Assembly: GCA_951804945.1 (NCBI GenBank)
Contig: OX638149.1
Location: forward strand, 109,554,001 to 109,618,000
Source of the DNA: Podarcis cretensis
Taxonomy: Eukaryota
DNA: 64,000 nt
Direction: 5' to 3'
Position 1 is the first letter of the stretch. Every line of letters begins with the position of its first letter. A model generated the notes under the pieces. It did not search any database. It was not told the DNA's origin and saw nothing but the letters and a program-made list of their open reading frames with translations. This document shows positions 35,904 to 49,808 of the stretch, piece after piece. The translations under genes were made by a program, and so were the position numbers.

Positions 35904-37847
35904 CTGGAATTTAAAACATCGCTTATTTATTGGGTAAGAAAAGCTGAAGTGTTCACTTCCTATTTCATCTGAAAGCTTAAGGGCAATGGCTTATAACATG
36001 CATGTTTTATTTCATCCTCATAACCATCCCCTGAAAAATGAGGATGAGGAAATAGTGTCTATGAAAGCACACTCTGCATTGTTTTCCGGAGCTTCCAAAA
36101 GACTTTTTTTCTTTAACTGTTACTACTGCACAATTCACTAGAAAAGAGATGTTGTCTTAGCTTGAAACATTTCATATCGCAAAAAACAAATATCTGAGAC
36201 GTTTGTTTGGATTTGGTTTTTTATTGGCACATGCTCCATTTACTGCCTATGATTCCTTGTTCAGTGCCATATATAAGGCTATCACTTGTAGCCTTTTACA
36301 AAAATTGTATATGCACATTATTTGTACATCTACTGAATATACAATATACAATGGGCATTCATCCATGAATGGTGATATCTCATCATGAAGAGAATGGCCA
36401 AATGTATTTAGCCCATATTTGTTGCTAACCCTTATCTGCACTGAAATATGACTGCAATATCACTAAATACAACAATCTGCTTATCCAGATATATTTTTTT
36501 TAAAAAACATGCTATTCTTGGGTTGGTTCATACTTGCACCATGCCATGGTTCAACGCTTATGTTGGCAAGCTTCTGAGAGATTCAGCAAAGAGTAGGGTC
36601 TGCATGCTCCCCATCACCCACATGGCCAAGACTAGTTTGAAAGAACTATGGGTGAGCAACATGCATGAATCAAGAATCCTGGTTTAAAACAGGCAACAGA
36701 CTGTTACAACAAGCCAGCTTCATAAACCATGGTTTGAAGTTGGCTTATTTAGCAACTAATCATTGGTTGTCGTAAACTGGGGTGTAATACGAAGCGGATA
36801 TTTTTTGAAACTAAAAGTAAATTAGGAAGATGCAGCCATGCAGGAAGATGTGAAGAAGAGGATGTTAAAGCTTGCTCATTAAAGCTTGCTCATGGTTTTT
36901 AGTGCTTTGTGCAGATCAGCAGATTTTCACTACATGCAGTTAAATTAAAAGGAGGAATGCATGCTGTCTGCTTGGGTGGACACTCTCATCGCAGTCATCC
37001 TAGATGGGAATCTGGAAATCTTTATTAAACCCAGTCAAGGATTAGATGGCAACTGGGAGTGCACCCATATACTAAATTAAAGAGACTGTTTTGCATCTTC
37101 TTATATGTTCTTTATTGATGATGGTCATGGTGGTAAAACAGAGGAGATTAAGCAGTCTTTTTGGTGGTGGCACACATAACCTTCCCTGAGCAATAAGGCA
37201 TATGCCAATGCTAGTTCAGTTGCTGAGTACCTTTTTATTTATTTTCGCCTTTGTTGTTACAAGTTTTAATTTATTTGGAATATAGATTGTGTTTGGATTT
37301 GGATTTTATTGTGCATTGTATTGCTTGTTACTGTAGTGCGTTTCCCCAACTATCAGAAATGTTTGAAATTAAGTTTTTGATTAAAAGGGAGAAAGTCAAC
37401 AAAGCCCTTTTTATATGCCTTGAATATGACATTTAAAGAAATGCAAAGCTTTACTTTGATATATTTTTTTAAAAAGTCACAGTAGATAGTATCCAACAAA
37501 GTAGATCTATTAGTGCAAAGATTTTCATTTGTTCAATGGAACTTTCCCTCCATATCTTCACCTAGGGTGACATTCCCAACTTTGTTCTGGAGCATTGCGG
37601 GAAGTCCCAGAACAGATTTAGGGAGTGCACAAGGATAAGAGTGGGAGGTGAATTTTCACTGTGCAGTCCAAAGTCCTTGTGCTTACAGAGATACTTCATT
37701 GGATACCCCCAATATTTAGAATATTATATATATATATTCTAAATAAAATATGATATAATATATATTTAATATATTTAGATATTGTAAGTAAGATTACGTT
37801 TTATTCTCTTTCTTAAGAAAAATGCAGACACTATGTTGTTTCCACTG

Positions 37848-38089
37848 CAGTCGTAACCTTGGTTTTCGAACATCTTAGTTCTCGAAAATTTTGGCTCCCA
37901 AATGCCACAAACCAGGAAGTGACTGTTCCTGTTTGCGAACTATTTTCAGAAGTTGAACGTCCAACGGGGCCTCTGTGGCTTCCGATTCGCTGCAGGAGCT
38001 TCCTACAGCCATTCAGAACCTGTGCTTTGGTTTTTGGAAGTTGAATGGACTTCCGGAACAGATTCCGTCCAACTTCCAAGGTACGACTG
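37848..38089. mobile_element. Tigger-like MITE (cagtcgtaccttgg family)
   Basis: TIRs cagtcgta(a)ccttgg / ccaaggtacgactg|TA. Confidence 0.85.
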
Positions 38090-39453
38090 TAGTGGCCTTC
38101 TGCAAATTGAGCCTTTCCATTCACAGAAGAGTCTTTGTTCTAGCATATGCCTTTGTTAATGAAAGAGAAAGAGAGACGGCTTGTGCAGCTTCTACCTTCC
38201 TTCTGCACTCATCTTCCACACTGTTCTGGATGGTCCCCACAACCTCCTGGGAAGAGACCCCTCACATGAAATGAGGGATTGCTGCACAGCAATTAAGTAC
38301 AAAACAATCCAATAAAGAAGAAGGATAACATATGACAACTGTAGTAAGCAGGACTCATTTGACTAGTATCAAAGGCCTGCGGAAGCTTGAGTAAGTAGAA
38401 GCTCACTACAGTTGCCTGCTGTATGTAGGTGGGAAGGTCATTCCACAGGCTGGGGACCACCATGGAAAAGGTACTTTGTCATCCTAACACTGCAATCCTA
38501 TACATGTTTATTCAGGTGAAGTCCCTGGGACACTCCCACAAATGGGTATAGGACTGCAGCCTAATTCAGTTTAAGTAATTCCTGTTTTCAAACACTGGAT
38601 ACATCTGAGCATGAAGTTTAGCATCAGCATGAAAATAATGTGGACAAATCCAATTAATAGAATCTCTTTTGAGATTAAAATCCTCTGTATGTGTTCTGAA
38701 ATAACTGGCTTTTTACCACTAGCCTTTGAGTAAAATGTTTGGGTTCGGTTAATGATGAGCTTTCACTTTCTTTGTTCTTGCTTGTCAACTTTGTCCCTAA
38801 TCGTGGAGGGAGTCAATATTAGCCTTGCTAAGTTGGCAGATGCTTTCCTGTGCTTAAGAGTGGTGTTCCTCCCCTTTTGGAAAGAGGGGCTGCAACCTGA
38901 TATGTCAGTGTTTGCCATTACGTTCCACCCACCACTCATTCTGTTAGGAAATGATCTAATCATAATTACACTGAAGGTCACCAAACTAAATTAATGCACC
39001 CGGTGTCTCAGAAAGAAGTTTATTGTTTCCCCCCCAGCTATAATTATGTCAGTGAAAATGAAACCCTTCCCCCCCCCCCCCGCTCCATTATATTCAAAAA
39101 GAAACAGAACACAAATACAATTAGAGGATTGGAACATGCAATTAAGAACTGCTTAACACTACTTCGTTCTAATTAATAAAGCCAATTTACACAATATGTA
39201 ATCTTTTCAGATACTTTCTGCCGTCAAATGGTCCTTTGTAAAGAGTTCTCATCTCGGCAGGCTAAGGGGGGGGGGGGGTGGAAGCATTTCAAACCTCCCT
39301 TTCTTCTTTGAAGCTGAGGCTAAATGGCAAACAGTGCCATGCATGTTAAATTTGACTGAAGTCATCTGAAGTTTTGGCACCCTGTTTGTAGGGCTGGGTA
39401 CATTCCAGACCTACTAGGGAACAAATGCTCCAGAGTAATGCATGGCAAAACCA

Positions 39454-39455
<2 letters not shown>

Positions 39456-39487
<32 letters not shown>
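39456..39487. repeat. (TG)16 microsatellite, read as (CA)n in the pre-mRNA downstream of exon 3
   Basis: Direct reading. Confidence 0.95.
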
Positions 39488-39490
<3 letters not shown>

Positions 39491-39549
39491 AAAGCACATT
39501 TTAAAGGATATTAAATCAAAAATTGAAAAAGAATTAACAAGGAACATAC

Positions 39550-39608
39550 CTTTGCATTTGTTTGTCGTTTTATCCAAAATAGCTTTCGTAGACACAATTT
39601 TCCCATAT
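39550..39608 (-). CDS. RBMS1: RBMS1 exon 3 (59 nt): YGKIVSTKAILDKTTNKCK(G)
   Basis: Acceptor tttag|A, donor AAG|gtatgt; phases fit exons 2 and 4. Confidence 0.96.
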
Positions 39609-40962
39609 CTAAATTTTTTTTTCATAAAAGGAAGAAAGCAGAAGTTACGCTTACAAAATTCCAGCACTAAGAATGAAACTGCAGTACTACTGTGCAACCC
39701 TGCACTTGTGAAAATACATTTACTCAATTGCTTTAACCTCCAAAAAGGAAACAAAAGTACTGCCCAACAACCCAATCCTACCCGTGGCTGCAGTGACCTG
39801 AGTACACAACAGGGCTTTGCATCAGACCAGCAATAGTGGCACCCACTGTGCCTACTTTCTATTAAACAGAAGGTGGGGGAACTGCATGCTTCAACTCCTT
39901 TATATTATGTAATACTGCATTTGTGGACCAGAACAGCTGGATTCCATCCTTTGTCCTTAAATTTTATCTGTAGCACTCCAAAGCATTTCATTTTGGATTT
40001 TTTGTTCCCATTTTTCAGAATTGATACTTGAGAGTAGTAGAGAGATGGTATGGTCCACAACATTTGGAGGGAATGTCTATCCCTGGTATAGACATTATGT
40101 AGCTAGAAGGAAAAATGGTCCGACTTGATAGAAGGAAAAGTCCTTCTTATGTTCCATCAATTAGATCTGGGCTCTGATCAGAGTGAAGCCTGCTGAGTTT
40201 TACGCGCTCTAAGACATGTGTTTCATATGGCTGTTGCATGAAAGCTGCACTTTAGGTTTATAGTACACTGCAATAAGGTACAGTAATACAACACAGCATA
40301 AAAATGTCCTTTATTTCCTGATAAATTTATTTATCAAGGAATATGCAGACTAAAAATATGAACTCACAGTAAGAACTCCTCCATTGCATTCCTGCAACAC
40401 AAACCTGTGTTTTCAGGGCTACAAGCTAATAAACTTTTTTTAAAAATATTTTATCTAGTGGCATAATACCCACTTTCAAGTTTTCCGAGGGTGATGAAGG
40501 CCAGTAATACAGGGGTGGTAGTTTCCTTTCAGATGCTAGGTGCAGATGTATAAAATTTATATAAATTTTGAAACCAGGGGGGCATTTTTTTCCTGGTTTG
40601 TGGGGGGGAAGGAATGGAAATCTTAGAGAAAATAGGAAAATATGCATTTTTAACACCATTTACAGATCAAAAGCCACTTGGTTTGTCATAACATTATCAT
40701 GTTTTGAAAGTAAAAGTAAAGTTCATTTATACAACACTTACAATTAAAAATTCCTTATTTTTCCCCTACATTAAAACAAATTATTGTATTTTGGAATACA
40801 TAATAATTGGAACACACAGTCTCCACAGTGCCAAGCAGACATAAAGCATTCATTGCCCTAAAAAAGAGGGTTTTATTCTGGATTGTTCTGTTTCATGTTT
40901 TAATGTGTTGTAAACTGCTTTGAGATTTGTTCTTTAAAATATAAAGCAGTACAGAAATGAAA

Positions 40963-40964
<2 letters not shown>

Positions 40965-41002
<38 letters not shown>
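40965..41002. repeat. (AAT)12 microsatellite, probably an old retroposon tail
   Basis: Direct reading; preceded by tgtaaactgctttgag...aaagcagtacagaaatgaaatg. Confidence 0.9.
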
Positions 41003-41003
<1 letters not shown>

Positions 41004-41485
41004 GTCCACCGCAAAACCAAAACAAACAAAAATGGTGCCTAGACATTCCATTATGGCGACTGTAACCCATGTTCATGGCGCCATTTTGCGCATATACATC
41101 TGGAGATGATGAATGAACTAGAAAGGAGATGGATCATTCTGAAACACTTTTTGGACTTACACATACTTCTTGCTTTAAAAAAAAAATTCTTCAAAGGAGC
41201 AGCACACATTCCTAAGAGGAAATTGTGCCCTTTTTGGAGGGTGGGAGACTGGAGGCAAGAGGTGCCAGGTCAGCAGCAGCTGCTGACTATCTCAATGCAC
41301 CCCACATGGATCTGGACTTATTATGTCATAGTTCCATGCCCACATGGGATGCTGCTGGCCAATAAGCAGCTGTGTGCCTGCACCATGCTGACCTATCTGC
41401 CCTCCACCACTGCTCAAGTCACCAACTGGTAATGTCATGTCTACATCGTCAGCTACTGCCTCTCATTTCTGCTAACATTATCTCA

Positions 41486-41665
41486 CATAAGAAAAGCTCT
41501 GCTGGATCAAGCCAATGGCCCATCTAGTCCTGCCTGCTGTTTGTACAGCAACCAAACAGATGCATGTTGGAAACTAGCAAGCAGGATTCGAGCAGGAGAG
41601 AACTCTCCTCCCTCCCTTTGGTTTCCAGCAACCGATTTTCAGAAGCATTTCTGCCTCCAACCATG
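41486..41665 (-). mobile_element. CR1-type 3'UTR fragment (similar remnant at ~11490-11602, + strand)
   Basis: Minus strand ...GGACTAGATGGGCCATTGGCTTGATCCAGCAGAGCTTTTCTTATGT, a CR1-like terminal motif. Confidence 0.6.
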
Positions 41666-42274
41666 GTTGGTGCCTAGCGGCTGACCTGGAACTGGTGCAG
41701 ACCAGAGGAATCTGACTGTTCAATATCGCTCAGAAGTAATGTTTTAAGTATATTTAAAAATGGCTTTGTTGAAACCCTACAAACCTATACAATAAATCAA
41801 ATCAAATATATGGCCAGCATCTTTTTTTCACAGATGGTTGTACATATGTTCTCAAAAAATTAATAGCCAATTTCTTGGGGAGATTCTATCACTATCTATC
41901 TTCTCTGCACAGAATGTATTGGTTTTGAGAAGAGCAGAAAATCCATGCATTTTGTTTTCCTGCTCCTAGACACTTGGAATTTCTTCCAACCTTTAGTATT
42001 TTTCATGAGTTCCCTGCTACCATAAACAAGCATGATTACATCCCACCTTTCTCTTCAGTTAGTTTTTAAAAAGTAAGTTGGAAGGAAAACAACATGATCT
42101 ACGTCTATTAAAGATTATTATACAAACCACATTCCCAATCATCACAGCAATACTTTTATTTAACTGGGCACATTCAGTCTTGAAGCAGCTTTATACAAAT
42201 ACAAAAAATAAAATAAAATCATCATCATGAAATATTTTACGGTGGTGTGGATCCTTAACAGTCAACGATGATTA

Positions 42275-42392
42275 CAGTCTTACCTTGGAAGTCAAATGGA
42301 ATCCGTTCCAGAAGTCTATTCAACTTCCAAAATGTTTGAAAACCAAATTGCGGCTTCTGCAGCCAATCAGAAGCTGCGGAAGCCCCACTTCC
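42275..42392. mobile_element. Partial Tigger-like MITE, inverted relative to 37848-38089
   Basis: TA|cagtcttaccttggaagtc...; the first 58 nt match the reverse complement of 38032-38089 at 50/58 positions. Confidence 0.85.
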
Positions 42393-45300
42393 AGTTAGGA
42401 AGGGAGGAGGGAGAGCGCAAACAAAGCAGGAGAAAGGAGGCCTGCAAATTATCTGCAAAGTATCTGTTCAGCTGAGCTACCCCCTGGGAAGCTGTCAAGT
42501 CTCCACCTTTTGTTCACAGGTATATTGCCTTGTCAAAACACTTATCACAATGTTATTTCAATACCGGTATTCAACAATATGGCGATTTATCACACAGCCC
42601 TAGTGTGTGTACATATATAATGTAAATAAGGATTTATTACATACGCATTCTCTATCTGTTCTTTCATTTATTCCCCTATAGTTAACATTTTCACACCTCT
42701 TCTTGAGCTTCATAATTATATATTTTTTCCTCTGTAAATCTTTATGGATTGTTTCACATTCTACAACCCTTTCAATATATTTAAGTAAACTTTCTACTAC
42801 ATGTAACATAATAGAACAGCAGCATACGCAACTCTTTCTGCTCTGTTCAAGTCCAGATCACTTCTAAGTAACATCACTCAAGGTACTTTACTTTACTTTA
42901 AATACTTTAATAAGCATAGTGTCTTGGAATGTGTTCATCACACAAGAAATACAAGTCAAACCAGTTTCTCTTCACTTGAAAAAAAAAGTGAATGGGAAGC
43001 CACATCCCTGCACTATTCCTTTTACAATGGAAGTATCTACACAAGAACAACAAATGCAGACTTCAATAACTCATGCTCAAATCCTCCAAGGGAAACATTT
43101 TGTCAAGTCAGGTGTAAGTAGCATGTGGCTGGAACACTATGGCATATTATCACCCCACCTTTCCTCTAAGAAGTTCCATGTGATGTAGTTGGGGTTCTCT
43201 CTTGTTAACCACAGCAACTACCCTATGAGGCAAGTAGGTTGAGTCACTGCAATTTATCCAAGGCCATCCAGTGAGCTTGATAGCTCAAGCAAGAATTTCA
43301 TCTGCGCTACAAAACAACAAACTCTAACCACTGCAGCACATGCAGAAGCTGGCCTGTTGCACATAGTATTTCAAGGAACACGTAAGAAATGTAAGCAACT
43401 CTAAAGACTCAACTCTCACTCTTTGCTTTTTTGCTATCAGCCTCATGTGCTAAAATGGACAGAACTCACCCTATTTTGTTTATGCAGTGTTCAATTTATT
43501 CTATTCACTTTCAAACTACATTTTGTAAGTCTGTCATTCTCAATTACCTTCACCAGTGTCAATGACCTTTCATAAGTATGTCCTCTCCCTTCAGGAAAAG
43601 TCAGAGGAGAGTCACACTCTGTGCACTCTTATGTGGGAATAAACCACACCGAATATAATAGGACTTATTTCACTGTTAATTGGTACTCTTAATCAAAATC
43701 AGCATTAATTCAAAAAGAATGGGATCTTGGAATTCCCATTACGGAACAAACATGGCTCCCCATATTTCATTCTATTAAGACAATGCCATTAAGTTTGCAA
43801 ATACGGTATAAACTGTTGCTTCAGTGGTTCTTAGAACACCAGTGCAACTTAATAGGATATCCTCAATCATTCAATTCAAATGCTAGAATGTAAGGCATCT
43901 GGAGCAGATCATCTTCATATCTGATGGGGATGCCAACAGGCTCAGGTGTACGAGCAACAAATACTGCGTCATATCTCAAGATAGCATCTCTCACATTTGG
44001 TTCATATCCTACTGATATCATTTAATGTGACAAAGACAGATTTACCAAGCCCTATGAAACTGTTCACGAAACTCATTGATTTCTGTTAAGACAATTATGG
44101 GCAAGACATTGGAAACATTCCCAATCAACCACAATTTGGGAATGGTTATTGAAACATGTTAATACTGGGCTGCAATGGATAAATTAACCAAAGAGGTGCA
44201 CAGGAAAGAAGGCTTGCAACAAACAATCAGAGGAGAAGATAAGGATAGAATTTTACAAATTAATTACAAGATTATGGATAGCACTGAGCAAATGGCATTC
44301 CAATGCGAGTGCCAATTCATTATTATGAAGTATGTGTATATATGTGTATAAATGACAAAGATGCCATTTTCCCAAAGATGGATAATTTAGGACAGAGAAA
44401 TGGACTAGGCCTAAAACTATAGATAATGGGGATGCTATTCCTTTAGGGGAAGTGGACAAAGCATTCTGGAAGCATGAGAGGAGGAGCAGAAGCAAAGACA
44501 GAAGTTCAGTCTCATTCAAAGTACTGACATCAGTGTCAAAGCATGACCCTGCATGTGTTTTCCCAAAAGGCTCTGTAGTGCTGGAGGAAAGGGATACAGC
44601 GAGATGTGCATCCCACTGTGATAGGAATGTCCACATCACCTGGTGGCCAGCAGCGTTAGTAGAACTTCAAAAGCAAAGTAGAATTTTATTCTGGAGTGTT
44701 TTGACATATGCTTGCATGTACCTGTGAGATGACTTTGTTCAAAGACTTGAAGAGGGCCCAATTATTTTCACAACATAAAAATAATTATATCCTTTAAAAA
44801 AATGTTTTAAATTGTGCTTCTGTGTTACTATGAAGCTTGACCCTTCAGGGACCAGGTAAATTTAACTTTATGCTTCATGGTTTCAAAGAAAATTAAAGTT
44901 CATGGTTGTTTTCTATGAAGTACTTATGCATACTAATAATTTAATTCAGTTATTAAATGTGTATACAGCCCTTCATCCGAAGACCACAGAGCGGTTCACA
45001 ACAAAAAACACAAAATACACAACAAAAAACCCAAAATCAGCCATATTAAGATTTATAAGTTAGAAGAATGAATTCTCTTGCACTGTGTCACCCAGTGGCC
45101 ATGTTTGCACATCATGGGAAGTCATACACCATGAAGTAGTGCATATAAGTGAATTGTATCCACTTTGGTCCTTCCTATTAGCTTGCAAAGGAAACAAAGT
45201 CTGGCTTAGCAGTATGTCTAAATTTAAACAAACCTTGATCAAAGAACAAAATTTGGCTTACCAATCATGGTTTAAGGCTTACTGTGATGTGTGAATTCAG

Positions 45301-47564
45301 CCAATGCCTTTTGCTGGTTGTTTCATAACAATCTGTGTCAGTGCCAGATTTCTTTTGCTAACCCATCTTTGGATCCAGCCCATGACATTTAAATTGTCTT
45401 GTGTATGCAAAGCTTGCTATGGAAAAGTTCAGCTGTGCAATAGTTTTGGCATAGGAAATGAAATGAAGGCTATGCAAACAAGAGGAAAGGAGGGAAATGC
45501 TTTAGAAGTCAGGAAATGTTTCTTTCCTCCTGTTTGTAGAGACTGGGTACCAGCCTGTGTAGTCCAAAATCCAACCGGAAATGCAGTAACCCACACATTA
45601 TTTTAGCCTTGAACAGGGATATTTTTGGTCAAAATTAAACTTAGTTGTTTCAATATGGGGAGTGCATTTTGGTATACTAATAGAAGAATAGGGAATTAAG
45701 TGTATTATGGCTGTGTCATCTCTAGGACAATTTGAATAAACACATCAAAGTGCATTTCCTAATCATGACTATAAGATCTGTTACTGGTTTACAGAGAGGA
45801 AAGCAACAGTTTTAGTTAAAGAAGTTTCAATGTGAAAGTTTCCACCAGACAGAAGACAGAGCCTGGCAAGACAGATCAAAGCATCCTTTAATTATTTTAA
45901 GAATATTGTCTTCCATGAAAACATGTGATACGACACCATGCTCTAGTCATTGGGCTGGATCCAAAGGACTATGAGTGGAAGGAAAATAGTAATTGGCTCT
46001 GTTCTGCAACACTCAAACAGATCACAAAGTGGGAGCAACTATGGCTCAGTGGCACAGTGCATGCTCTACAAGAAGAACATCCCAAGTTGAATCCCCAGCA
46101 TTTAGAGTTATAAGCAGGGAACTCGCCAGAACTGAGTTCTGGCACCTCTCAGGTGGGCATCATTGCCATTATAAGAGAACAAGAGAGGCGTTCATGGTGA
46201 GTTCCGACACCTCTTTTTCTAGAAAAATAGCACTGGTTGTAAGGCTCAGGTAACAGGTGATAGGAAAGACCTCTGTCCAACTGTGGGATGCCACAAGCCA
46301 TGGGAATATTGCCATGTATACACCAAGAACAAGCACACACACTTCCTGTGAGAACAGAAATAATTTTGTTTTCTTTATAAAGCAAGGCCAAAAGGTTAAG
46401 CTAATCATGAATTTACTGTGTTTCACAGTAATGTGCAGAACACAAACAAATGAAAAATCCAACAAAATAAGTAAGATCCAAGCTTGCAGGCGACCCTTTA
46501 CTGACCAAGGATCTCTGGTAATGAATAGGCATAGCAAGGTCAATAGTATAGATAGACACCTAAAGAGGGCCAATTACACTGAACAGTGAATTGTGAAAAA
46601 TTAATGTGGCATTCATACAAGCAAAATTCATAGTTTGCTTTTTGTGATTTAGCAAGAGGAAAGTATAGCAATCACTAAGCTCAAAATTTGATTACTTTGG
46701 CCTGGTGATGGTCCAATGTTCTTTTTGTCTAACCATGTTTAGGAGACTGGGATCATCTCATATGAGAGCAACACACGTGCTATTCTTCTACCTCTCATTA
46801 CTATTGGTCTTGAAACATACAAGAAAGAACATGAATAGGTTTAATTGGGACAGAAGAGTAATTGATGCCCTTATATTCCTATGCTCTTCTACTTAACCAT
46901 TGTAAATTAAGTCAATTACCCTCCTAAACAATGGTCTGAAATCCATTATATGGGATGGAAACTTTTCCATTACTGTAGTTTTCCATAGGAAAATATTCCA
47001 CCTTCAAAACTGATCACACTAACATTATACACACAATACAAATTGAGCAAATAGAAAAGATACAGTATCTAAAAATCAAAGTTGTAATTCTTTTTTCATA
47101 GCTTCATTTTCTCTCTTAAAATTTAACTGCACACCAATGAGTTGACTTTAACATTATTTACACATATTCCAATGAAGTAACAATAACTACTAAGCCAAGC
47201 TCTGACTTTCTTTCTAGTAGCACCTTCCCCCCCCCCCAATGCTGTGCAGCAGACTGGTTGGAGCAACATGGGAAGCTGCCTTATACCCAGTCAAACCATT
47301 GACTCCATCTAGGTCAGTACAGTCTACACTGGTTGGGACTGGCTCTCTAGGGGACATTCCTAGCCCTACCTTAGAGATGCCAGGGATTGATCATGGAGCC
47401 TTCCGCAAGTGGTTGTTTTATCACAGATTTATGGTCCTTCTTCAAACTTGGAGAGTGCCTCTGATTCAACAGGAGAAACTAAGGCTAGCATAAAACATGA
47501 GGGAAACCACGAGGGAGAACACAGAAGTGCCTGAACACACCTAGGTGAGTATCCTTTTAAAGTA

Positions 47565-47795
47565 CAGCGGTACCTCGGGTTAAGAACTTAATTTGTTCTG
47601 GAGGTCCGTTCTTAACCTGAAACTGTTCTTAACCTGAGGTACCACTTTAGCTGATGGGGCCTCCCGCTGCTGCCATGCAATTTCTGTTCTCATCCTGAAG
47701 CAAAGCTCTTAACCCGAGGTACTATTTCTGGGTTAGCGGAGTCTGTAATCTGAAGCATCTGTAACCTGAAGCGTCTGTAACCCAAGGTACCACTG
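47565..47795. mobile_element. Tigger-like MITE, copy B
   Basis: TA|cagcggtacctcgggtta ... taacccaaggtaccactg|TA. Confidence 0.9.
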
Positions 47796-47940
47796 TATGT
47801 CATTCCCCCCTTTTAAAAGGCTAAGTTATTAGAATCCCAGTATTCTGCCTGCCCCATCAGAAGGTATTAAAAAGTAAAGAACAGTAGATCACCAGGACAA
47901 GATAACCAAAGGTTACAAATATCTATTCATATGTATATAG

Positions 47941-48076
47941 CAGGTGTGGGGAGCCTATGGCCCTCCAGATATTGTTGGACCTCCAACTCCCATCAATCCT
48001 ACTCTGCACAGGTAATGGTCAAGGATGATGGGAATTGCAATCCAAAAATTATATGGAGGGTCAGTTTCCCACCCTG
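47941..48076. mobile_element. Degenerate palindromic hAT MITE (16230 family)
   Basis: ccctccagatattgttggacctccaactcccatca ... tgatgggaattgcaatccaaaa...tggaggg...ccctg. Confidence 0.7.
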
Positions 48077-49477
48077 ATGTGTGGAGCGTGCTTCCCTTCT
48101 GCAAGGGGAATTCCCAAGCCTCCACCAATACTGAACTGAACAGTAAGCGTGGCCTCAGAAACAAGCCAGGTTTAATGTACCTGCCAACCCCAACTTCCTG
48201 ATGATAGAGGGGAGGAATATGTTTATCTTCAGAGCAAAAAGCTACTGTGCTCCCAGCTGGCTTTATACTTATCTTGGCTTCCTCATCTCAGAGGTGAGTC
48301 CTCCCAGGTTGGTCACCCCAGGTCTAACACCATATCCATTTAAGACTATCTGCTGCTTCGCCGTCCCTTCTCCCACCAGGCCTAATAGGAAGCATTGCCT
48401 TTCTGAGAATTGGAGTGATCCCTGAAGTTGTTTTATCCAGGGACTTGTGGGGTTGATGCCTAACCATAACATATTAAATGAAGCAACAAACAAACAAGCT
48501 TAATGGCTAAGCCCAGTTAGGAGCACCCTACTGGGAAAAGGCCACAGTAATTTCAGAGGAGAGAACAACAAGAGGTTGCTTCTCTCTTAAATCTTACTGC
48601 CCAGTATAATCACTCAGCAAAGACTTCAAAGCAAGCACTTCAATATTAGCTGCAACACTGAATAAGACTATATTTAAATACATTAATCAAGATCAAAACA
48701 GGATCCTTGCCAAGTGGTAACAATTTACACCACAAAGGAATTCATTCCTTGGGTTATTTGAATTAAAAAAGATCAGCATTTCCTCCTCTGATTCCAGAAT
48801 TAGAAAGAGCTGTCATTAAATTGGGGGGAGGGGGAGAAATTATTATTATTATTAAACTGAAGCATAAGAATGATAAAATTAAAAGTACTGGAATAATTTA
48901 AATAAATCCTTCCTCTAAAGGCTTAATCAATGGTTAGGTTTCTGAAATAGTTAATGTTGAAAGGCCATCAAATAGCGGAGTCTCATTCCTACAACATTGC
49001 TTAGCATCTTTGTTCAGCAAGCATAGCCATTATGCTCTTGGGTCCCATTATCCCTGACCACCTGATGAGAGCTGCAGTCCAACAACATCTGGAAAGTGCC
49101 ATGTGTGCTACTCCTGCTGTGTAGGATATTTTTTAAAAAATAAAATGATGCAAACATGCATTACTTAAAGAGTGTGGCTTAGCAGCAAATCACAGATTCA
49201 AAGTCCCAGATTCAATCTTTGGCATCTCTAGATGGGACTGTGGAAAACTCCTGTCTCAAATGCTGCAGAGCAGCTGCCTGTTGCTGTAGACTGAGCTAGA
49301 TGGCTCTAGTAGTATAAGGTAGTTAGATGCATTCTCTGTAAGGCAGCTTCTTCCTATGTTCCTACAACATAGCAGTGTGCACTTTTTCCTTTTGATGCAC
49401 AAGGCATGTTAATGAATTGCAAAGAGTATGCCAGGTAATATGTTCAGATATTAATGCAGAAAGATTTTATTATTTCT

Positions 49478-49808
49478 TGTGCTGGAGGAGACTCTTGAGA
49501 GTCCCATGGACTGCAAGAAGATCAAACCTATCCATTCTTAAGGAAATCAGCCCTGAGTGCTCACTGGAAGGACAGATCGTGAAGCTGAGGCTCCAGTACT
49601 TTGGCCACCTCATGAGAAGAGAAGACTCCCTGATGTTGGGGAAGATGGAGGGCACAAGGAGAAGGGGACAACAGAGGCCGAGATGGTTGGACACTGTTCT
49701 TGAAGCTATAAACATGAGTTTGACCAAACTGCGGGAGGAGTGCCTGGTGTGCTCTGGTCCATGGGGTCATTAAGAGCCGGATTAGACTAAACAACTAAAC
49801 AACAACAA
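49478..49808 (+). mobile_element. RTE-BovB LINE 3' fragment (~330 bp)
   Basis: Translates CWRRLLRVPWTARRSNLSILKEISPECSLEGQIVKLRLQYFGHLMRREDSL..GKMEGTRRRGQQRPRWLD (BovB ORF C-terminus) and ends in the ggtccatggggtc...actaaacaacaacaa tail. Confidence 0.92.

Noticed and set aside
49417-49773. 118-aa ORF as a host gene
   Set aside because: It is the C-terminus of a truncated BovB LINE ORF.
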